Positions 19,568-27,312 of a stretch of 50,644 nucleotides of DNA are shown here, piece by piece (within the stretch, counting starts at the first letter, position 1; every line of letters starts with the position of its first letter). The notes beneath the pieces are model-generated. The model did not search any database, was not told the DNA's origin, and saw only the letters and a list, made by a program, of their open reading frames with translations. The stretch lies in assembly GCA_037385265.1 (NCBI GenBank), contig JARRNG010000007.1, positions 1 to 50,644 on the forward strand. The letters are read 5' to 3'. Source of the DNA: Nitrospirota bacterium (GTDB taxonomy: Bacteria; Nitrospirota; Thermodesulfovibrionia; Thermodesulfovibrionales; JdFR-86). A program made the translations under genes and the position numbers.

Positions 19568-20556
19568 TTCTGGGCGAAGGCCTCCGTGATCTTCCCCTCG
19601 ATCTCCTTTAGGGTCTCGGGGTTCTGCTTCAGGTAGTCCTTGGCGTTCTCCCTGCCCTGGCCGATCCGGGTGCCGTCATAGCTGTACCAGGCGCCGGCCT
19701 TATCTATGACCTTGCGGTCCACGCCGAGGTCCACGATCTCGCCCGCCCGCGAGATGCCCTCGTTGTAGTAGATATCGAACTCGGCCTGCCTGAACGGCGG
19801 GGAGAGCTTGTTCTTGACGACCTTCACCCGGACGCGGCCGCCGATCATCTGCTGGCCGTCCTTGATACTGTCTATCCTCCGGATGTCGAGCCTCAGGGAA
19901 GAGTAGAATTTCAGGGCGTTTCCGCCGGTGGTGGTCTCGGGGCTTCCGAACATCACCCCTATCTTGTGCCTTATCTGGTTTATGAAGACCACGGTGGTGT
20001 GGGACTTCGATATGGCCGCCGTGAGCTTCCTCAGCGCCTGGCTCATGAGCCTGGCCTGAAGCCCCGGAAGCGAGTCGCCCATGTCGCCCTCTATCTCTGC
20101 CTTGGGCACCAGGGCGGCCACCGAGTCTATAACTATGATGTCCACCGCCCCGCTCCTGACCAGGGACTCTGCCACCTCGAGGGCCTGCTCCCCCGTGTCG
20201 GGCTGCGACACGAGGAGGTCGTCGAGCACCACGCCGAGCTTCTCGGCGTAGGCCACGTCCAGGGCGTGCTCGGCGTCTATGAAGGCGGCCACTCCGCCCG
20301 CCTTCTGGGCCTGACCCACGGCGCTCAGGGCCAAAGTGGTCTTTCCGGAGGATTCCGGGCCGTATATCTCGACCACCCTGCCCCTGGGGAAGCCGCCGAT
20401 TCCGGTGGCTATATCCAGTGACAGCGAGCCGCTGGATATGGCCTGCACCTTCACCCGCGTCTCCTCGTCCCCCAGGCGCATTATGGCGCCCTTGCCGAAG
20501 TTCCTCTCTATCTGCGCAATGGCCATCTCCAGGGCCTTCGTCTTGTCTTTATCCAT
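19564..20556 (-). CDS. recA: Recombinase RecA
   Basis: [43 protein letters not shown]. Confidence 0.97.
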   Translation of the reverse strand: MDKDKTKALEMAIAQIERNFGKGAIMRLGDEETRVKVQAISSGSLSLDIATGIGGFPRGRVVEIYGPESSGKTTLALSAVGQAQKAGGVAAFIDAEHALDVAYAEKLGVVLDDLLVSQPDTGEQALEVAESLVRSGAVDIIVIDSVAALVPKAEIEGDMGDSLPGLQARLMSQALRKLTAAISKSHTTVVFINQIRHKIGVMFGSPETTTGGNALKFYSSLRLDIRRIDSIKDGQQMIGGRVRVKVVKNKLSPPFRQAEFDIYYNEGISRAGEIVDLGVDRKVIDKAGAWYSYDGTRIGQGRENAKDYLKQNPETLKEIEGKITEAFAQK

Positions 20557-20593
20557 CTTCCCTCCGTTTACGCCATGTCAGGACGCGAATTAT

Positions 20594-20610
20594 TGTTAAT
20601 TAATATAACA
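20594..20610. promoter_or_regulatory. Palindrome upstream of recA (possible operator)
   Basis: TGTTA-ATTAATA-TAACA lies about 40-55 nt upstream of the recA ATG. It does not match any LexA box consensus I can recall exactly. Confidence 0.2.
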
Positions 20611-20746
20611 TAAAGGCAAACGTATCCGCAGAGGGTTTTCCAAGGCGCAGGGAGAGACGCCATGCGGGCGAATATCCCGTATTTAAATGGAAAATAGATT
20701 TCCCGCCCGTCGGGCGACCATAGGCCGAAGGCAGTTGCAGGAGGCT

Positions 20747-21316
20747 TCACGCCCCACCGGCAAGGGGCGCGCCATAGAGCCTGGAGTACTCGGCCCCTCC
20801 GGGCTTCAGGGTGCTCTTCATCAGGGCCACCTCGGTCACGTCGAATTGTCCGAAGTCCTCCTCGGCGAGTTCGTCCAGCTCCCTCAGGAGGAAATCCCTC
20901 CGCTTCTGCGATTTAAGCCGTCCGATCGTGAGGTGAGCGCTGAAAGGCCTCTTTTCGGCCTCGAAGCCAAGGGGCTCCAGGGCCAGTTCGATGTCCCTCT
21001 GGAGGTCGACGAGCCTGTCGCTGTCGTAGGTCCCGACCCATACCACCCGGGGCTGCCTCCTATTGGGAAACACCCCCGCCCCCCTGAAGCCGAGCCTGAA
21101 ACCGGCGTAGGGCCTCACGGCTTGGGCCAGGGCTTCCCTTAACTCCGGCAGCATCTCCTCGGGCACGCTTCCAAAAAACTTGAGCGTCAGGTGGAAGTTC
21201 TCGGCCCTCACCCATCGGGCGTCGGCGCCGCTTTTCCTGACCCGCTCCGTGCTGCTCGCTATGGCCTCCTTCAGGGCCTCCGGGAGCTCCACGGCCACGA
21301 AGCATCTGATATTCAT
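20747..21316 (-). CDS. thpR: RNA 2',3'-cyclic phosphodiesterase (2H family, LigT/ThpR)
   Basis: It has two HxT/S motifs: HLTLKF and HLTIGR. 189 aa. Confidence 0.85.
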   Translation of the reverse strand: MNIRCFVAVELPEALKEAIASSTERVRKSGADARWVRAENFHLTLKFFGSVPEEMLPELREALAQAVRPYAGFRLGFRGAGVFPNRRQPRVVWVGTYDSDRLVDLQRDIELALEPLGFEAEKRPFSAHLTIGRLKSQKRRDFLLRELDELAEEDFGQFDVTEVALMKSTLKPGGAEYSRLYGAPLAGGA

Positions 21317-21798
21317 GTCGACAGTGCCTCGAGGAGAAACCTGAGGGCCGTGTTTGAGGCTGCGTGCTTTATCTCGTCCCTTTCGCCCTCGAATTTAAGC
21401 CTCCTGGAGGCCACCACCTCGCCCCTGAAGGCGGCGGCCACGAAAACGACACCCACTTCCCGGTCCTCTATCGTGTCGGGGCCGAGCACTCCGGTGATGC
21501 CGAGGCCCACCTCCACGCCGGCCCTCTCGCAGACGGCTAGGGCCATGGCCCTGGCCGTCTCCTCGCTCACGGTGCCGTGGATGTTTATGAAGGACTCGGC
21601 GAGGCCGAGGATTCGGCTCTTGGCGTGCCTGGAATAGCAGACGATTGAGGAGTCGAAGCAGCCCGAGGAGCCGGGCATGAGGGTGAGGGCATGGGCCACG
21701 AGCCCTCCCGTGCAGGACTCGGCAATCGCCACCTTGAGGCCCCTCTCCTTGAGGGCCTCGTGCACCTCTCTGATCGCCTCTAAATCAAGGTCCGCCAT
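21313..21798 (-). CDS. pncC: CinA C-terminal domain protein / nicotinamide-nucleotide amidohydrolase (PncC-like)
   Basis: The start is MADLDLEAIREVHEALKERGLKVAIAESCTGGLVAHALT (AESCTGG motif). The first roughly 159 codons of the 320-aa track ORF are an out-of-frame overlap of pgpA. Confidence 0.8.
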   Translation of the reverse strand: MADLDLEAIREVHEALKERGLKVAIAESCTGGLVAHALTLMPGSSGCFDSSIVCYSRHAKSRILGLAESFINIHGTVSEETARAMALAVCERAGVEVGLGITGVLGPDTIEDREVGVVFVAAAFRGEVVASRRLKFEGERDEIKHAASNTALRFLLEALST

Positions 21799-22232
21799 AA
21801 CTGAAGCACCACGTTCGTGAAGACTCCAGCGACCACGTCGTCGGCCATCACGCCTGCCCCGCCCGAAAGGAACTGCAACTGCCTTATGGGAGGTGGCTTC
21901 ATTATATCGAAAATCCTGAAAAGTGCAAAAGACGCAAGGAAATACCCTGTGGTCTGGGGCAGAAACGCCATGGCGAAGAAGTAGCCGGCCACCTCGTCTA
22001 TCACGATGTGGCCCGAGTCCTTTGCCCCGAGGGCCTCCTCCGCCTCGCCCGCCGCCACGACCCCCAGGGCGGTCACGGCCAGGACGAGGACGGCGAAAAA
22101 CGGCCCCGACGGCCTGGCCAGCAGCAGAAAGAGCATCGCCGCGAGGGTGCCCGCCGTGCCCGGGGCCTTCGGCACGAAGCCCACCGGCCCCAGGGTAGCG
22201 ATGTTCTTCCAGGCAGCCCTCGAAAGCCTCAA
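21780..22232 (-). CDS. pgpA: Phosphatidylglycerophosphatase A
   Basis: IATLGPVGFVPKAPGTAGTLAA...DSGHIVIDEVAGY...FRIFDIMKPPPI. 150 aa. Confidence 0.85.
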   Translation of the reverse strand: MRLSRAAWKNIATLGPVGFVPKAPGTAGTLAAMLFLLLARPSGPFFAVLVLAVTALGVVAAGEAEEALGAKDSGHIVIDEVAGYFFAMAFLPQTTGYFLASFALFRIFDIMKPPPIRQLQFLSGGAGVMADDVVAGVFTNVVLQLWRTLI

Positions 22233-22243
22233 GGCCGTCCCGC

Positions 22244-22663
22244 CTAAGTCTCCACGACCTCGAAGCTCCAGCCAACCTTGGCCGAACCTTCGAAAGTGCC
22301 TTTCACCGAGCAGTACCTCTCCATGGAGAGTTTAATTGCCTTCTCCACGGCCTCCCTGCCGAGGCCCTTGCCCTTTACCGTGAATTTGATCTTCACGTCG
22401 GTGAACCTCCTCGGCTCCTTCTCGGCCATGTCCCCCTCGAGGGAAATCTCTATGTCCTCCACCTCCTGCTTTTTCTTCCTGAGGACATAGGCCACGTCCA
22501 TGCCGGTGCATCCCCCCAGCCCCAGGAGGAGGAGCTCCATTGGCCTTGGCCCCTGGTCGGTTCCTCCGAACTTGGGGCTGCTGTCCATGACAACGGCGTG
22601 GCCCGATTCGGCCACGCCAATAAACCTCAGGCCATCCACGTATTTGACGTTTGCCTTTATCAT
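22244..22663 (-). CDS. OsmC-family (peroxiredoxin-like) protein
   Basis: 139 aa. GPRPMELLLLGLGGCTGMDV and ERYCSV carry the two conserved Cys. Confidence 0.8.
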   Translation of the reverse strand: MIKANVKYVDGLRFIGVAESGHAVVMDSSPKFGGTDQGPRPMELLLLGLGGCTGMDVAYVLRKKKQEVEDIEISLEGDMAEKEPRRFTDVKIKFTVKGKGLGREAVEKAIKLSMERYCSVKGTFEGSAKVGWSFEVVET

Positions 22664-23490
22664 TTCTTCTTCCCTTTCCCGGTTCTTGGGGTCTTCTTCC
22701 CGCCCGAAGACTTGAGGTCGAGGAACATCTCGTGAGCCTTCTTGGGGCTCAGGCCCTCGTGAACCACGGCCCTCACGGCCTGTATCATGGCCACGGGGTC
22801 CTCGCTCTGGAAGATGTTGCGCCCCATGTCCACGCCCACGGCTCCGCCATTTATGGCCTTGGCGGTCAGCTCGAGCGCGTCGGGCTCGGGCAGCTTCTTT
22901 CCCCCCGCCATGACGATGGGCACCGGACAGGTGCCGGTGACCCGCTCGAAGTCCTCGCAGTAGTAGGTCTTCACGAAGTGCGCCCCCAGCTCGGCGGCTA
23001 TCCTGCAGGAGAGGGCCAGGTAGCGGGCGTCCTTTCCGAGCTCCTTTCCCACGGCGGTAACGGCCAGGACCGGCATCCCGTAGCGCTGCCCCTGGTCCAC
23101 GAGCCTCGAGAGGTTAACGAGCGTCCGGTGCTGGTGCTCGGCGCCCACGTAAATGGAGAGCGCCACGCCCGAGACGTTGAGCCTAAGGGCGTCCTCCATG
23201 GACATAGTGATGTCCTCGTCGGAGAGCTCCCCCAGGATGCTGTTTCCGCCGGAGACGCGCACCACAATCGGCGTGTCCACCGCCAAGGCGGGGTCCACGC
23301 AGGTCCTGAGCACTCCCCTGGCTGGCATCAGCGCGTCGGCGTAGGGCAGAAGCGGCTTGATGGTCTTTTCCGCGTCCTCGAGGCCCGTGGTGGGGCCCAG
23401 GAAATACCCGTGGTCCACGGCCAGCATCACCGACCTTCCGGTCTCGGGCCTGATGACCCTCGAAAGCCTGTTCTTCAATCCCCAATCCAT
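22660..23490 (-). CDS. Class I aldolase of the DhnA/LsrF type (3-hydroxy-5-phosphonooxypentane-2,4-dione thiolase-like), with a Lys-rich tail
   Basis: It is close by eye to E. coli LsrF as I recall it: DWG.K.RLSR...TG.SVMLA.DHGYF.GPTTGLE, ...VKTYY (Schiff-base Lys), CPVPIVMAGGKKLPE, GVDMGRNIFQS..PVAM. The C-terminus is GGKKTPRTGKGKKK. Confidence 0.8.
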   Translation of the reverse strand: MDWGLKNRLSRVIRPETGRSVMLAVDHGYFLGPTTGLEDAEKTIKPLLPYADALMPARGVLRTCVDPALAVDTPIVVRVSGGNSILGELSDEDITMSMEDALRLNVSGVALSIYVGAEHQHRTLVNLSRLVDQGQRYGMPVLAVTAVGKELGKDARYLALSCRIAAELGAHFVKTYYCEDFERVTGTCPVPIVMAGGKKLPEPDALELTAKAINGGAVGVDMGRNIFQSEDPVAMIQAVRAVVHEGLSPKKAHEMFLDLKSSGGKKTPRTGKGKKK

Positions 23491-23530
23491 GTCGTTATCC
23501 TCCTTCGCATATCTTTTGTTTCCGAAGTTC

Positions 23531-24556
23531 TCATTTCTGAGGCTCTATTATAACCTTCAGGGACTCCCCGGCCTCGGCCACCAACCGGAAACCCTCTTGC
23601 GCCCGGGCCAGGGGGAACCTGTGGGTGATCATGCCCTCGACCCCGACCCTTCCAGACCTTATAAGCTCCATGGCCTCGACGTGCTCAACGGGGTTGGCCG
23701 CGTAGGACGAGGTAAGCGTTATCTCGTTCCGCCAGAAAAGCCTGTTTACCGGAAGCGGCACCGCGATATCCTCGCGGGTGGGGGCGAAAAAGAGCACCGA
23801 GCCCCCGCGGTCCACCGCCATCAGGGCCTGGGAGATGGCCGATTCCGCCCCGGAGGTGAGTATCACCACGTCCGCTCCCCGGCCACCGTTGAGTTTCCTG
23901 AATCCCTCGGGGACATCCGAGTCCGCCCGGAGGGACGCGTGGGCGCCGAGCTCCCTGGCCCTGGCCAGCCTCCAGTCGTTTATGTCTGTCGCCACCACCA
24001 CCCCGGCGCCGAGGGCGCGGGCAAGCGAAATGTGCAGGACGCCCGAGATGCCGCTTCCTATCACCAGGACGCTGTCGCCCTCCTTGAGGCCGGCGGCCCT
24101 CTGCCCCCTGAGCACGCAGGCGAGGGGCTCTATGAAAGTGCCCTCTTCGAAGGAGACCTCATCGGGACGCGCATAGGTCCCCTTTTCTACGTTAATTGAG
24201 GGAAGAAGTACGTACTCCGCGAATCCCCCGGGATGGAAGTTGGTAGTCCTCAGGGTGTCGCAGACGGTGCCGTGCCCCCTCAGGCAATAATGGCACGCCC
24301 CGCAGGGCACGAGGTGCGAGGCGCTCACGCGCTGGCCCACCCGGAGAGGGGCGCCCTCGCCGACCTCCACCACCTCGCCGGCTATCTCGTGGCCGAGGAC
24401 GAGTGGCACCTTGTGGCGGCGGTACCACTCCATCACGTCGCTTCCGCATATGCCGCTTGCCATCACGCGGACGACCGCCTCTCCCTTTCCGGCGGCGGGC
24501 GTGGGCATCTCCTCGAGCCTGACGTCGTTGTTGGCGTAGTACATCGCAACCCGCAT
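23531..24556 (-). CDS. Zinc-dependent medium-chain alcohol/polyol dehydrogenase
   Basis: GICGSDV, GHEIAGEVVEVG, structural-zinc CGACHYC and a Rossmann GSGISG motif. Confidence 0.85.
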   Translation of the reverse strand: MRVAMYYANNDVRLEEMPTPAAGKGEAVVRVMASGICGSDVMEWYRRHKVPLVLGHEIAGEVVEVGEGAPLRVGQRVSASHLVPCGACHYCLRGHGTVCDTLRTTNFHPGGFAEYVLLPSINVEKGTYARPDEVSFEEGTFIEPLACVLRGQRAAGLKEGDSVLVIGSGISGVLHISLARALGAGVVVATDINDWRLARARELGAHASLRADSDVPEGFRKLNGGRGADVVILTSGAESAISQALMAVDRGGSVLFFAPTREDIAVPLPVNRLFWRNEITLTSSYAANPVEHVEAMELIRSGRVGVEGMITHRFPLARAQEGFRLVAEAGESLKVIIEPQK

Positions 24557-24713
24557 GGGAAACCCTCCGGGGAATCGGGAATGTGAAATGAAAATTTAAC
24601 CCCAAAAGAGCGAGAAGTCAACAAAACGCCGCCCGAAGGACAGCTAAACATGCCCCCGGCCCGCCATCCAAACCGGGCTCAAACCCTTTCCTCCGGAAGG
24701 CAATCCCGAACCC

Positions 24714-24741
24714 TTGACAATCGCCCCCATTGTGCTAATCT
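24714..24741 (+). promoter_or_regulatory. Sigma-70-type promoter for the nitroreductase-tpx-rhodanese string
   Basis: TTGACA (24714-24719), a 16-nt spacer, then TAATCT (24736-24741). It lies about 30 nt upstream of ATG 24772. Confidence 0.4.
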
Positions 24742-24771
24742 GCGGATATACCGACAATTTAGAGAGACGAC

Positions 24772-25404
24772 ATGGACGTAATCGAGACCATCAGAAACAG
24801 GCGCTCAATAAACTTCTTCGAGCCGGGCAGAGAGGTGCCCGACGAAAAGCTCAGGGAACTCCTGGAGGTCGCCAATCTCTCGCCCTCGTCATTCAACACC
24901 CAGCCCTGGAAGGTGGTGGTCGTGAAGGACCCCGAAAGGAAGAAGGTCCTTAGGGATTGCGCCTTCGGACAGCCCAAGGCGGAGGAGTGCTCGGTGATGC
25001 TCATCATGGTGGCCGACCCGGACTTCCTGGAGGAGAACTTCGAAAGGGTGCTCGACAGCTGGGTTGAACTGGGCTATATGACCGAGGACAAGCGCAACGG
25101 AAACCGGGAACTGGCCAAGAACCTCTACGGCGCCCCCGACAGCCTCAAGCGGAAGTTCACGGCCGTGAAGAACACGGCCCTCTTCGCCATGACCCTCATG
25201 CTCGCGGCCAAGGGCCTGGGGCTCGAGACTCACCCCATGGACGGCTTCGACGAGGAGTGCATAAAAAAGGAATTCGGCATTCCCGGGGACAAGGTGATAC
25301 CCATGCTCGTGGCGGTGGGATACCTCAAGGAGGGGGTGAAGCTCCTTCCGAGGGCCTTCAGGCGCTCCCAGGAGGAGTTCGTGAAGCACGAAAGGTACGA
25401 GTAG
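24772..25404 (+). CDS. Nitroreductase-family protein
   Basis: TIRNRRSINFFEP...SPSSFNTQPWKVVVV is the classic nitroreductase N-terminus. 210 aa. Confidence 0.85.
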   Translation: MDVIETIRNRRSINFFEPGREVPDEKLRELLEVANLSPSSFNTQPWKVVVVKDPERKKVLRDCAFGQPKAEECSVMLIMVADPDFLEENFERVLDSWVELGYMTEDKRNGNRELAKNLYGAPDSLKRKFTAVKNTALFAMTLMLAAKGLGLETHPMDGFDEECIKKEFGIPGDKVIPMLVAVGYLKEGVKLLPRAFRRSQEEFVKHERYE

Positions 25405-25427
25405 CGCATATCCCGGAGGGAAATGAA

Positions 25428-25943
25428 ATGGCCAGAACGGTAACCATGAAGGGCCAGCCGCTGACTCTGGCGGGCCAGGCACTCAAGGTGGGCGACAAGG
25501 CCCCGGACTTCAGGGTTCTTGACAGGGAGCTTAACGAGGTGGGCCTAGAGGATTGCGGGGGGAAGGTCAGGCTACTGAGCGTTACGCCTTCCCTGGACAC
25601 CCCAGTGTGCGACATGCAGGCCCGGAGGTTCAACGAGGAGGCCGCTAAGCTCGAAGACGTCTCGGTCTTCAACATCAGCATGGACCTCCCCTTCGCCATC
25701 GACAGGTTCTGCACCGCCGCCGGCATCGACAGGGTCCAGGCCCTCTCGGACCACAGGGAAGCATCCTTCGGCCGGGCCTACGGCGTGCTCATCGAGGAGC
25801 TTAGGCTGCTTGCGCGCTCGGTCTTCGTGATCGACAGGGACGACACCATACGCTACATCGAGATTGTGCCGGAGATAACGGACCACCCCGATTACGAAAA
25901 GGCCCTGGAGGCCGTCCGCGGGCTGGTCGCCAAGGAGGTGTGA
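25428..25943 (+). CDS. tpx: Thiol peroxidase (atypical 2-Cys peroxiredoxin)
   Basis: The start is MARTVTMKGQPLTLAGQALKVGDKAPDF, preceded by GGAGGG. The active site is SVTPSLDTPVCD. The track ORF start at 25257 is a 5' extension into the nitroreductase gene. Confidence 0.9.
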   Translation: MARTVTMKGQPLTLAGQALKVGDKAPDFRVLDRELNEVGLEDCGGKVRLLSVTPSLDTPVCDMQARRFNEEAAKLEDVSVFNISMDLPFAIDRFCTAAGIDRVQALSDHREASFGRAYGVLIEELRLLARSVFVIDRDDTIRYIEIVPEITDHPDYEKALEAVRGLVAKEV

Positions 25944-25944
25944 G

Positions 25945-26337
25945 ATGATCCGAAAGATTCTGTTTTCGATAGCCGTGGTGGCCCTCGTCTGCTCGGTGGC
26001 CGCGGCGGCGGACATCAACTGTATGTCCAAGGACGAGCTCCGCAGCGCCCTCGACGACCCCGGCCTCACTGTAATCGACGTGCGCCAGGGCGGCGATTGG
26101 GATGGAAGCGACACGAAAATCAAGGGCGCGGTGCGGCAGGACCCCGGAGAGGTGGAAAAGTGGGCCGGAGGATACGCCAAGGACGCCCGTCTGGTCCTTT
26201 ACTGAGCCTGACCGCGCCAGGCGACGAGTGTCCGTGTGGCACGCGAGCTCAAGGGGATGGGATACACCAACGTATGGGTGCTCCGGGGTGGATGGCACGA
26301 GTGGGAAGACGAGGGCTACCCGGTGGAGACCAAGTAG
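25945..26337 (+). CDS. Secreted single-domain rhodanese-like sulfurtransferase with two in-frame TGA codons (26203-26205 and 26209-26211); candidate selenoprotein (U-A-U), or otherwise a pseudogene
   Basis: The track ORF ends ...KDARLVLY at TGA 26205. The same frame continues TGA GCC TGA CCG... and gives U-A-U-PRQATSVRVARELKGMGYTNVWVLRGGWHEWEDEGYPVETK, ending at TAG 26335-26337. That is the missing half of the rhodanese fold. The signal peptide is MIRKILFSIAVVALVCSVAAAA. Confidence 0.55.
26212..26246 (+). ncRNA. Candidate SECIS-like hairpin immediately 3' of the second TGA
   Basis: CGCGCCA (26213-26219) pairs with TGGC(AC)GCG (26237-26245), leaving a 2-nt bulge. The upper stem is GAC/GUC around a GAGU loop (26226-26229). 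I folded it by eye only. Confidence 0.3.
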
Positions 26338-26356
26338 GGGGAGAAACAGGAATGCC

Positions 26357-26467
26357 ATGGAGAAGCAGGGGTTTTCTCTAAAGATAAGCTTTCTGAGGCC
26401 GGGGTGGTGGCTGGTGCACCTGGCAGGCATTAGCGCGGTCTACGCCGTCGGCCACTTTCTCTGGTGA
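26357..26467 (+). CDS. Mini membrane protein (36 aa), paralogue 1
   Basis: MEKQGFSLKISFLRPGWWLVHLAGISAVYAVGHFLW. One TM segment. It shares RPGWW..H....(Y/F)..GH with the next gene. Confidence 0.45.
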   Translation: MEKQGFSLKISFLRPGWWLVHLAGISAVYAVGHFLW

Positions 26468-26482
26468 CGGCAGGCGTCCCCG

Positions 26483-26590
26483 ATGCTGACAAGACATTTC
26501 ATGCGCTACAAGCCGGGCTGGTGGGTCCTCCACGCCCTCGCGATAGGGCTGACCTTCTACCTCGGCCACATAGTGAAGTTTTATTTCTGA
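26483..26590 (+). CDS. Mini membrane protein (35 aa), paralogue 2
   Basis: My translation (below the track size cut-off): MLTRHFMRYKPGWWVLHALAIGLTFYLGHIVKFYF. It is in the same frame as paralogue 1 and starts 15 nt after that gene's TGA. Confidence 0.45.
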   Translation: MLTRHFMRYKPGWWVLHALAIGLTFYLGHIVKFYF

Positions 26591-26592
26591 GG

Positions 26593-26994
26593 ATGGGAAA
26601 GAAGAGCCTCTATACGGCGCTCGTCATTCTGGGCGTGGCGGCCCTGATGCTGCACGTGAGGATACACTTTTTCATGGTGCCGCTTCCGGACAATCCTGAC
26701 GTGAGGGTCTTCAGGCCGGCCCAGTTCCTTTCGAACCTCTTCCCCCTGCTGGACGTGACGGTCGTGAGCGTCCTCTTCCTCTCCAGGAGGACCGCGACCT
26801 ACGGCTACCTCCTGAACGGCCTCATCGTGATATACGGCACCGTCTTCATGACCCACTTCAGCATCGCCCAGCTTGGCGCGCAGGGGGCGCCGCCCCAGGA
26901 CTGGGTGCTCAAGTCCACCCTTCCGGACATAGGCATCGCCTGGGCCGATTTCTTCGTGGGCAAGGCCCTTTATGATTTGTATCAGAGAACCTGA
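26593..26994 (+). CDS. Hypothetical integral membrane protein (about 4 TM segments)
   Basis: The start is [22 protein letters not shown], 2 nt after the previous stop. I recognised no family. Confidence 0.55.
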   Translation: MGKKSLYTALVILGVAALMLHVRIHFFMVPLPDNPDVRVFRPAQFLSNLFPLLDVTVVSVLFLSRRTATYGYLLNGLIVIYGTVFMTHFSIAQLGAQGAPPQDWVLKSTLPDIGIAWADFFVGKALYDLYQRT

Positions 26995-27047
26995 CGCCCG
27001 CCTGTTGTAGTATTTATATAAGAACGCTAAACGAGGGAGGCACGGAG

Positions 27048-27269
27048 ATGGAAGAGAAAGTAAGGGAAGTAATCGAGAAGATAAGGCCCTTTCTCAAGGC
27101 CGACGGCGGCGACGTAGAGATAGTCGAGGTGACCGGGGACGGCACGGTGAAGGTCAGGCTCACCGGGGCCTGCGGGCATTGCCCCATGTCCACGATGACG
27201 CTCAAGATGGGCATCGAAAAGAAGCTCAAGGAATCGATCCCCGAGGTGAAGGAGGTCGTAGCGGTTTAA
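27048..27269 (+). CDS. NifU C-terminal-domain (Nfu-type) Fe-S cluster carrier
   Basis: 73 aa. [17 protein letters not shown]...[18 protein letters not shown] carries the CxxC motif. Confidence 0.9.
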   Translation: MEEKVREVIEKIRPFLKADGGDVEIVEVTGDGTVKVRLTGACGHCPMSTMTLKMGIEKKLKESIPEVKEVVAV

Positions 27270-27312
27270 ACACCCGCTAATTCCGGCCCCGACCGGAACA
27301 GGGAGGTCAAGG

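Noticed and set aside
21799-22275. An N-terminal extension that turns the CinA-domain gene into a 320-aa ORF. Similar extensions affect recX (to 18686), coaBC (to 4578), tpx (from 25257) and iorB (from 33729).
   Set aside because: The extensions overlap the upstream gene in another frame and are Arg/Gly/Pro-rich nonsense. Internal starts give proteins of canonical length that begin at the conserved N-terminal motif, often with ATGA/GTGA coupling.
25945-26337. An alternative genetic code (TGA as Trp or Gly) as the explanation for the in-frame TGAs in the rhodanese.
   Set aside because: TGA terminates several conserved genes at their expected lengths in this window (tpx at 25941-25943, pilT at 18404-18406, iorA at 33880-33882). 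The DNA is G+C-rich, unlike known TGA-reassigned lineages.
26465-26467. A possible third recoded TGA that would join the two mini membrane proteins into one 77-aa two-TM protein.
   Set aside because: This TGA follows Trp and is not at a Cys-equivalent position. The second unit has its own ATG. I see no hairpin in the 15-nt spacer or directly after it. The simplest reading is two separate paralogous genes. I cannot fully exclude read-through without data.
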